The notes under the pieces were generated by a model. That model did not search any database, was not told the origin of the DNA, and saw only the letters and a program-made list of their open reading frames with translations. Shown one piece after another: positions 35,178 to 41,306 of a DNA stretch of 41,306 nt. Source of the stretch: a virus. Its lineage: Duplodnaviria > Caudoviricetes. Location of the stretch: positions 1-41,306 of the IMG/VR virus record IMGVR_UViG_3300037424_000441; one strand, written 5' to 3'. Made by a program: the position numbers and the translations under genes. The first letter of the stretch is position 1. Every line of letters begins with the position of its first letter.

Positions 35178-35456
35178 GTTGGCAAGGATTTTCTGAGACT
35201 TGCCAACGTTTCACGTGCCGCATTTGGGCCGCCTGTTATGCCGTTGCAAAATGCCCTTGTCACGCATATATATAGGTATTGGCGGGAATCCTTCGATTCC
35301 GTCACCCGCCTCTTAGTCTCGCGGTCATTAAACGACAACAGGTTAAGGCGTTAATCCATGCCGGGAGCGGCCTTTTCGGCATCTACTGGCATGGCTGTCT
35401 GTGCCTGTGTGGACGGGTCTGGCGGGGGTGTGGGTGTTATGCAATCCGTTGTGCAA
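35178..35456. mobile_element. Putative attP: core 35292-35312 resembling a tRNA-Cys 3' end, with candidate arm sites
   Basis: TTCGATT-CCGTC-ACCCGCC-T-C reads as T-loop, T-stem, acceptor strand and U73. GTT(R/T)..GCAA-like repeats at 35178, 35199 (inverted), 35235, 35436, 35448. Lies directly downstream of int. Confidence 0.65.
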
Positions 35457-36529
35457 ATCTCGACCAGCTTTCTGATCTCCCGGTGCGCGTCGGCCAACTC
35501 CATATGCACATATCGGTCCGTTGTGGTCGCGTCCAGGTGCCGAGCGATCGAGGGCATGACCGCGCGGTTGACGCCGGCCCGGGCCAGCATCGTGATGAAG
35601 GAATGTCTAAAGCTGTGTATCGTTATATCGTGGATTCCCGACGTTTCCAGGCGGCGCTTGATGATCTCCCGCCAGCGGTTCGGGGTCCGGAGGGGACGCC
35701 CGTCGCCCTTGTCGAAGACGTAGGACAGAGTCTGTCCATTTTGGACAGAGTTTGTCCGGCGCCACAACGCGAGCGATTCCGCCAGCCACGGCACCATGGG
35801 TATCCGGTCCGGCCTGCCGTCTCTGTAGCGTGTCCCTTTAGGGCTGTGCCCAAGCGCAGGCTTGGCCGTCAGCGTGATTTCTCTCCGGTCGAGGTCTATG
35901 TCGGCCCAGGCCAGATACGCCGCCTCAGCGCGGCGCAACCCCGCCCAGATGCCAAGCATCGCGTACAGCCGTTCGGGATCCGGCCAGCCCTGGATGATGC
36001 GGATTTCGTCGGGCTCTAAGGCCCGGCGTTCCTTTGTTCGGTAGTCAGGCCGGACCTTAAACCGGGTGGCGGGATTCGCCCGGATCAATTCCCAATCGAG
36101 GGCCACGTTCAGGGCCGTCCGCAAATCCTCAAGATGTTTGCGGCGGCTTGGAGGGGACAGGTGAGCCGGCAACCAGTTCTCGTAGGCGTCGACGTCACGT
36201 CGGCCGATGTCGTCTATGGCGCCGATCTTGTGTTCCCGGCAGTAGTCGACAAACCGTCGACAACTCAGATCAAGCGCCCGGTACCGAGTGACCGATACCC
36301 GTGGCTTGGCGTCTTGCAGAAACCGGTCGACAAAGACTTGGACCTGCCTCTGTGCTCCCTGCCCGTCCCGCCACACCGCATATGGATGCCCACGATTCCA
36401 CTGTAGGGTTGCGGCCTTGTCGGGGTTCTGGGCCTGCCACTGGCGGAATGCGGACTTACCGGCGCTGGCCGTCCTGATCTTCTGGCCGGTCCATTTGGAT
36501 AGAGACAGGGAGTGTTGACGGGTACTCAT
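35351..36529 (-). CDS. int: Tyrosine integrase
   Basis: AGLRRAE (R), SPKG (K), HSFRH, RH, TDRY (Y); SAM-like core-binding domain with NPA. Confidence 0.95.
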   Translation of the reverse strand: MSTRQHSLSLSKWTGQKIRTASAGKSAFRQWQAQNPDKAATLQWNRGHPYAVWRDGQGAQRQVQVFVDRFLQDAKPRVSVTRYRALDLSCRRFVDYCREHKIGAIDDIGRRDVDAYENWLPAHLSPPSRRKHLEDLRTALNVALDWELIRANPATRFKVRPDYRTKERRALEPDEIRIIQGWPDPERLYAMLGIWAGLRRAEAAYLAWADIDLDRREITLTAKPALGHSPKGTRYRDGRPDRIPMVPWLAESLALWRRTNSVQNGQTLSYVFDKGDGRPLRTPNRWREIIKRRLETSGIHDITIHSFRHSFITMLARAGVNRAVMPSIARHLDATTTDRYVHMELADAHREIRKLVEICTTDCITPTPPPDPSTQAQTAMPVDAEKAAPGMD

Positions 36530-36532
36530 GGC

Positions 36533-36787
36533 TCAATGGAAATCGGTTTCGATCAGTGTGTGCCCGCACTTGCCGCACTTCTGTTCGGACTTCGACAGGG
36601 GATGATCGTCAACTTCTTCGCCGCCCAAAGTCACGACCGCTTGAGTGATGATCGAGTCGGGATAATGCCAGGCGAGCGTGGCCAGCCCGCCGAAATCGTG
36701 CCACATGATCCGCTTGCCGCAATGCGGGCACTTGCGAGGCTCGTCCTGTCGGTGACTCTCACTGGACTGAACGGAGAGGTCGGTCAT
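36533..36787 (-). CDS. Zinc-ribbon protein
   Basis: CPHCG...CGKCG; ATGA coupling. Confidence 0.65.
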   Translation of the reverse strand: MTDLSVQSSESHRQDEPRKCPHCGKRIMWHDFGGLATLAWHYPDSIITQAVVTLGGEEVDDHPLSKSEQKCGKCGHTLIETDFH

Positions 36788-37356
36788 AGGCCAACCCGGA
36801 GGAATGCTCCCAACTGACGTCCGGACAAATCATAACCGTAGTCCGTTTTCTGGAAGTTCGAATTTTCCATCTGACGGGACTCCGCGAATCTATATCCAGC
36901 AAACATGCCCAATCGCACATACGGGTCTATCTCAGCACTCAGCTGGACCATGGGCTCAAGCCAAAAGGTGTGACCGTCATACTCACCGTAGCTCATCGAT
37001 GAATAGCCTGCCCTACCTACCAGATTCAAGGGGGAGTTGGCCCGAGGGAGAATAGCTGTCGATATGCCGAAAAAGATGGCATCAGCGCGAACGTCCATCC
37101 TCTTCCCGTCGAAATCGAATCCGGTCCATGAGTGTTCATATCCGACGTGGAAATCCGAGCGCTCGTCTTCAGACATGGGAAAACCAACAGAAAATGAATA
37201 GAAGGTGCCATCCTTAGAATCGCTGTTGTCGATCGTACGTCTGAATTCATCCAATGCAGGTGATGCAACGCCTCCACTGAATTCGACCCTGGGACCTGCC
37301 TGGAGGGCCTGCGCATGAACCAGGGCGAGCACTACGGTGACCATGGTAAATCTCAT
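36784..37356 (-). CDS. Outer-membrane beta-barrel protein in the lysogeny operon
   Basis: Signal peptide ending ALQA; strands FHVGYEH, LVGRAGY, LGMFAGYRF, LGAFLRVGL; GAGGAG RBS. Confidence 0.78.
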   Translation of the reverse strand: MRFTMVTVVLALVHAQALQAGPRVEFSGGVASPALDEFRRTIDNSDSKDGTFYSFSVGFPMSEDERSDFHVGYEHSWTGFDFDGKRMDVRADAIFFGISTAILPRANSPLNLVGRAGYSSMSYGEYDGHTFWLEPMVQLSAEIDPYVRLGMFAGYRFAESRQMENSNFQKTDYGYDLSGRQLGAFLRVGL

Positions 37357-37368
37357 TGCACTCTCCTC

Positions 37369-37599
37369 TCAATGTCCACAGCAGCAGCTCTTCACGAACC
37401 GCCCGTTCGCATGGTCGCGACATCTCGCGACGCTCGTGTCCCAATAAACATCTCCGGAGCCACATGGCGAACAAGTTACTGTCCCACCTCCATCGCCCGG
37501 ACCGGTCGGTGATTTCGGTGGATCGTCGGCGCACGCCGCCAGCGCCAAGATCATGGCTATGAAGATGAACAGGATTGCGGTCGATCTGAATCGACTCAC
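37369..37599 (-). CDS. Small Cys-rich lipoprotein (superinfection exclusion candidate)
   Basis: Lipobox LAA-C, Pro/Gly linker, CSPC..C..CCC; GGAGG RBS. Confidence 0.75.
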   Translation of the reverse strand: MSRFRSTAILFIFIAMILALAACADDPPKSPTGPGDGGGTVTCSPCGSGDVYWDTSVARCRDHANGRFVKSCCCGH

Positions 37600-37970
37600 G
37601 GTTTCCCTCCAATCTTTCGCTCGATTACGCGCTCCTCATCTGTGGCAGGGGGACGCAATCCCAAGATGTACTCCGAAGAAATTCCCTTATTCAGCCTGAG
37701 CAGTGCCGCGAGATGGAGTGCGTCCGGCACCGGATCAGAATCTTCATCGAGCCATCTTCCCACGGTTGTTTCGTGGACCGGATAGCCAGCCTTCGTAAGC
37801 CGCTCGGCAACGTCCCGAATGGTGCCCTTATCCGTCATCTGAATGAGCCAGCGAATCCGCCGTTTCAGCGTCCGCAACTCTATGTCTTCGCGGAGCCGCC
37901 TTTGCGCCACGCCGGAAAATGCTAAGTCTTTGCCGTGAGTCAACTTATCAGATTTTTCACTGATTGCCAT
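37596..37970 (-). CDS. XRE-family HTH repressor (CI-like, no peptidase domain)
   Basis: TIRDVAERL...VHETTVGRWL...PDALHLAAL..ISSEYILGL; divergent from cro. Confidence 0.8.
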   Translation of the reverse strand: MAISEKSDKLTHGKDLAFSGVAQRRLREDIELRTLKRRIRWLIQMTDKGTIRDVAERLTKAGYPVHETTVGRWLDEDSDPVPDALHLAALLRLNKGISSEYILGLRPPATDEERVIERKIGGKP

Positions 37971-38032
37971 AAAATTTACTTGACAGTCTGCATAAATGCA
38001 GGTTTCCTGCCGATGTATTGACCGGGAGGAGC
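37971..38032. promoter_or_regulatory. Genetic switch region with an operator-like palindrome
   Basis: TTGACA at 37980; CTGCAT-AA-ATGCAG at 37988-38001; lies between divergent HTH genes. Confidence 0.65.
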
Positions 38033-38257
38033 ATGACCAATCTGAAGCAATTCATTGACGAAAACGGCCTGAAGCAGAGGCGCATAGCCCAGATGATCGG
38101 TACGGATGAGACCACCGTGAGCAACTGGGCGCGCGACATCAGGACGCCGAGCGATGAGGACAAGGCAAGAGTCGTCGCCGCTCTTATCGAGTGCACGGGC
38201 AAGGACGTGACGATTGACAGCCTCTGGCCGCCGACGCCAGCGGAGGCGAAGTCCTAA
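38033..38257 (+). CDS. Cro-like HTH protein
   Basis: GLKQRRIAQMIGTDETTVSNWARDIRTP; GGAGG RBS. Confidence 0.85.
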   Translation: MTNLKQFIDENGLKQRRIAQMIGTDETTVSNWARDIRTPSDEDKARVVAALIECTGKDVTIDSLWPPTPAEAKS

Positions 38258-38521
38258 GTGAAGAAGCGCCCCGCCGATGAGCACTGCTACACGGTGCCTG
38301 AGCTTGCGCTGTATCTGAACGTGAGTGCGGACACTGTGCGCGGGTACATCGCACGGGGACTCATCGCACACTTCCGCTTGCCGAATCGGGAAATCCGAAT
38401 CAAGCCAGAGCATGTAAGTCTGTTCCTGATTGAGCGAACACGACCGGGCAGTAGTGGAGGGAATGGCGCGCGAGCCCGAGTAGGCGGCGCCCGGTCTTTG
38501 AATTCTACGCCGCAGGGGTAG
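38258..38521 (+). CDS. Excisionase-like HTH_17 protein
   Basis: YTVPELALYLNVSADTVRGYIARGLI.HFRL..REIRI. Confidence 0.85.
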   Translation: MKKRPADEHCYTVPELALYLNVSADTVRGYIARGLIAHFRLPNREIRIKPEHVSLFLIERTRPGSSGGNGARARVGGARSLNSTPQG

Positions 38522-38543
38522 CGGCTGTTTGCGGAGGGTCACG

Positions 38544-38921
38544 ATGCAAACGCGGATCACAGCAGGGAAGAAGCGGTGCTCGAAGTGTCGCCGGAAGAAA
38601 CCGCTCGGCGAGTTTCACCGCGATGCGGCCCAGGCAGACGGGCACAACGGTCACTGCGCGAAGTGCCGATGCCGGAGAGATCGCAAGTATCGGTCGACGG
38701 TCTCGATCGAGAATCGAACCAAGCGGTCACCGAAGACTCTGAAAGAACGCGAGATGGATGCGATACGGCGACTGACGCGCAAGACACTGGGAACACCCAA
38801 GCGGTGCGCGGTGGCGCGGTGTTCGCGGAAGTCGAATCTCGAATGGCACCACATGACGCGGGATCATCTGACAGTCATCGGGCTGTGCCCGATTCACCAC
38901 AAGCTGGTGCACCATCCATGA
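38544..38921 (+). CDS. Zn-finger / HNH-like protein
   Basis: KRCSKC...EFHRD...DG...CAKC; LEWHH...LCPIHHKLVH. Confidence 0.7.
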   Translation: MQTRITAGKKRCSKCRRKKPLGEFHRDAAQADGHNGHCAKCRCRRDRKYRSTVSIENRTKRSPKTLKEREMDAIRRLTRKTLGTPKRCAVARCSRKSNLEWHHMTRDHLTVIGLCPIHHKLVHHP

Positions 38922-38930
38922 GGATTAGCA

Positions 38931-39570
38931 GCACACTCCCGGCCCCTTCCCTGCCCCTCCTTTGGGCCGGGGTGTGCGTTGGGGGGCATCGGGTGGGGTG
39001 GCCCTCCTACCGATGCCTCAATAACTTGGACGCTTCGACCGTCGCCGTGTGGTGCGAGCTACCCCGCACCGCGCGCCGCGACTCGGGGCGTCCATTAAAT
39101 CATCGGGACCATCATTCAGCGGCAAGGATATCCGGCTGTCGCCCGGCTAACGCGGGTTCGAGTCCCGCTGGTCCCGCTTGTTCCCCGTCCCCTGTCTCGC
39201 GGTTGAGTGTGTCCACACGATTGCTCGCGGCGGGGCAGGGGCGTTGTCTATTTGTCGTGGAAGAGTGCTCGATCCAGAACCGGCGACTCAATCCACCGAG
39301 TGCCACTATCGCTGGGGAGCGGAGACATACCCCTGCTATCTCAGAGGGGCAATACCGTCAACGAGCTGAGCGAGTGAGACCCTCGCTATGCGTGCGCACG
39401 CATGTGACCTGTGGCGATCACGCACTCTTCCCGCGCGTCCACTCCAGGATTCTCAACATAGCAGGTCCGATGTTCGACCGTGACGCCCGCTGCACGGAAC
39501 TACAGCGGGCACGAACAAAGTGGTTTTGATGGTGCTCCGGGTGCGACGGCCCTCCGCCGCACTCGGGGAG
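38931..39570 (+). ncRNA. Candidate large structured ncRNA region enclosing tRNA-Asp
   Basis: At least 10 helices with G-U pairs favouring the + strand; 10-bp long-range helix 39259-68/39422-31; no credible CDS. Confidence 0.55.
39105..39176 (+). tRNA. tRNA-Asp (GTC)
   Basis: GGGACCA/TGGTCCC-G, D arm ATTC/GGAT, anticodon loop CT-GTC-GC, T arm GCGGG-TTCGAGT-CCCGC; G73; no encoded CCA. Confidence 0.9.
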
Positions 39571-39583
39571 AAAAGAGGACAGG

Positions 39584-39763
39584 ATGACTGACTCAGGGGT
39601 TGAGAGTTTTAAGGTTGACATGCCGCTTCGCGTCGAGTCGTGCGTGGGTGGCTTCAAGATCACGATCAACGGTCGCGAGGGATTCGCTGCGAAGTATGAA
39701 TCTGTTCCGGCACGGGTGAAGGAATTACTCACGCCCGATTTCCCGAAGGCGAAGAAATCATGA
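39584..39763 (+). CDS. Small hypothetical protein (59 aa)
   Basis: GAGGA RBS; ATGA coupling to the next gene. Confidence 0.6.
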   Translation: MTDSGVESFKVDMPLRVESCVGGFKITINGREGFAAKYESVPARVKELLTPDFPKAKKS

Positions 39764-39978
39764 AGGCGCGTTGCGAAATCACGGCGGCGAGACTGAAGGC
39801 GGAGAAGGTCACCGAAGATGACCACATCCGAGTCGAGACGTATTGGCTGGTTACGTTCAAGATTCCGGCCAGCAGCATCAACGCAGACGAAATCTCCGAG
39901 AACGTGAATCGGGTCATGGACCTGAATGCCGAGCCAGTGCAATCGACAATCAGGTTTCCGAAAGCGGCAAACGCATGA
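39760..39978 (+). CDS. Hypothetical protein
   Basis: Coupled on both sides. Confidence 0.65.
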   Translation: MKARCEITAARLKAEKVTEDDHIRVETYWLVTFKIPASSINADEISENVNRVMDLNAEPVQSTIRFPKAANA

Positions 39979-40232
39979 GGGAGCGCATCGGCAAATACCT
40001 CAGCGTCGAACGGTGCGAGCCGAAGCCGGGATGCAAGACCTATGCGTGGACTGTCTACGGTGAGGACGAAATGGACCTCGGCCGCGTGTCGTGGTATGGG
40101 CCGTTCCGCAAGTACTCGTTCTGGCCGAATCCGCGCACGGTTTTCGAGACGGTCTGTCTATCTGACATCGTTCACTTTCTGGAATCCGTGAAGGCCCTGA
40201 GGGTTCCAGAAACTAAGGAGGTTCCCGTATGA
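39975..40232 (+). CDS. Hypothetical protein
   Basis: LGRVSWYGPFRKYSFWP...CLSDIVHFL, a common phage pattern. Confidence 0.7.
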   Translation: MRERIGKYLSVERCEPKPGCKTYAWTVYGEDEMDLGRVSWYGPFRKYSFWPNPRTVFETVCLSDIVHFLESVKALRVPETKEVPV

Positions 40233-40492
40233 TGACCCCACTCACCAAACAGGAGTACGCGGTCCTGGAACTCATTCCCGATTCCACAGCCACGGGCGGG
40301 CGTCACACGCAGGCGCTCAAGTGGGGAATACAGAGTCGGCTGGATATGACGCCGGTGACGCTTGCGGTGTACTGGGAAAACTTCAAAGAAGCCGGGATGA
40401 TCCGGAGTTCCCGCGGGATCACGAAGCGCACCAAAGACGGCGACCGCGCTCTCGATCCCGTTGGCGCGATCGCGCAGGAGGCGGGGCGATGA
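40229..40492 (+). CDS. Putative winged-helix DNA-binding protein
   Basis: LTKQEYAVLELI...FKEAGMI...RTKDG. Confidence 0.55.
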   Translation: MMTPLTKQEYAVLELIPDSTATGGRHTQALKWGIQSRLDMTPVTLAVYWENFKEAGMIRSSRGITKRTKDGDRALDPVGAIAQEAGR

Positions 40493-40944
40493 CAATCGGA
40501 TGGTACTATCTGCACACAAACGGCGAGTTGATCTACAAGCGCGAACTTGGCGAGACCGCTGCCGACATACGCGAGAGCGATTTCGCCAGAATGCTATGGC
40601 CGCTCGACCCGGAAGAGCGAGAGGGCGCGTGGCGGATTCTAATCGAGGCGCAATGCCTCGGAGCGAATCCGGCCCGGATCAAAGAACTGGCCGAGAAATG
40701 GCACTGCAATGATGTCGATGCCGCTGTTTATGCCGAGCGTGTTGGCGTGACGCTTGAGCGTGACGGGGATATGTGGTGCGCCAAAAAGAAGGACTTTACA
40801 AACCTTCAGGAGTCTCCGGCTGGGTTTGGGAAAACGTGCCTCGACGCATTGGCGTCGCTGTGTGAGGCGCTCGGCTTCCGACCGAGCAAGATGTGGGACG
40901 CGACGTTCCATGATCTCGTTAAGGTTCAGGCGGTGACTCCATGA
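40489..40944 (+). CDS. Conserved-looking phage hypothetical protein
   Basis: GWYYLHTNGELIYK; DGDMWCA..DFTNLQESPAGFG. Confidence 0.75.
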   Translation: MTIGWYYLHTNGELIYKRELGETAADIRESDFARMLWPLDPEEREGAWRILIEAQCLGANPARIKELAEKWHCNDVDAAVYAERVGVTLERDGDMWCAKKKDFTNLQESPAGFGKTCLDALASLCEALGFRPSKMWDATFHDLVKVQAVTP

Positions 40945-41174
40945 ATTACATGGGACGCAACGCCGCGCACCACGCGCTCTACCCGAACGGCTCCTACACG
41001 CCCAAGCGCGTGACTCTGTGGGCCTACGTCGGGGAGCGGATTCGCGGCGCGTTCGACGATCTAAAAGGGCATTGGTGGTTCTGGACGGTCGTAAGCATCC
41101 CATCCGGCTACGTCGTCGGACACATCGTTTGGTGGGCCGTGAGGCAGGATTGGGCAATGAGGATTGGGCAGTAA
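40941..41174 (+). CDS. Small membrane protein
   Basis: WWFWTVVSIPSGYVVGHIVWWAV. Confidence 0.6.
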   Translation: MNYMGRNAAHHALYPNGSYTPKRVTLWAYVGERIRGAFDDLKGHWWFWTVVSIPSGYVVGHIVWWAVRQDWAMRIGQ

Positions 41175-41179
41175 TGCGA

Positions 41180-41306
41180 TTCACAGGCGAGGGAGGTGAA
41201 AGACATGTCTGATTTCAAGTTCAGCGTCAAGCCGATACCGAGTCCCGATAAGACTCTGGTTATCAGGATTCCGGCAGAGATCGCGGAGGCGGTCGGTTTC
41301 GAGGCG
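41180..41306. repeat. Terminal direct repeat, copy 2
   Basis: Identical to 1-127. Confidence 0.95.

Noticed and set aside
34197-36529. Classical integron or CRISPR array
   Set aside because: The repeats have only a core-like heptamer with no attC palindrome, and the integrase lacks the IntI-specific insertion. The intervals are ~150-300-nt ORFs, not 30-40-nt spacers.
38576-39529. 317-aa ORF
   Set aside because: It overlaps the HNH-like gene out of frame and runs through tRNA-Asp and GC-rich hairpins. The Arg/Ser/Pro-rich composition is typical of shadow ORFs.
41180-41306. 127-bp terminal repeat as a physical DTR
   Set aside because: The length equals a common assembly k-mer and it cuts through a gene. 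A GpA-type terminase suggests cos ends elsewhere.
1-41306. Stop-codon reassignment
   Set aside because: Genes are intact and densely packed under code 11, TAA/TAG/TGA are all used as stops, and there is no suppressor tRNA.

Overview
The window is a complete, circularly assembled temperate tailed-phage genome of about 41.2 kb. The last 127 nt (41180-41306) repeat the first 127 nt, which is probably an assembly overlap. The + strand carries the early and replication genes (cro, xis, Cas4/RecB-like nuclease, Sak4-like ATPase, SSB, HNH, adenine MTase, replication initiator, RusA). These are followed by a lambda GpA-type terminase, portal, a Mu-like head module, a non-contractile (sipho-type) tail, tail tip and fibre genes, and a lysozyme-like endolysin. 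The - strand carries a lysogeny operon (repressor, lipoprotein, outer-membrane beta-barrel, Zn-ribbon protein, tyrosine integrase), an attP whose core resembles the 3' end of a tRNA-Cys gene, and an array of six tiny ORFs joined by a conserved junction repeat. Two beta-barrel genes point to a diderm host. Two tRNAs are present (Asp-GTC, Met-CAT). The most unusual signals are: (1) a ~640-nt densely base-paired, possibly pseudoknotted non-coding region around tRNA-Asp; (2) a 156-nt tRNA-shaped RNA whose anticodon arm is replaced by a ~105-nt structured insert; (3) the repeat-punctuated micro-gene array beside attP/int; (4) a tail-chaperone frameshift that must be +1/-2 rather than -1; (5) a recurrent LAASA motif that may be the prohead-protease cleavage site. 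All protein calls come from motif recognition by eye; no database search or folding program was run.
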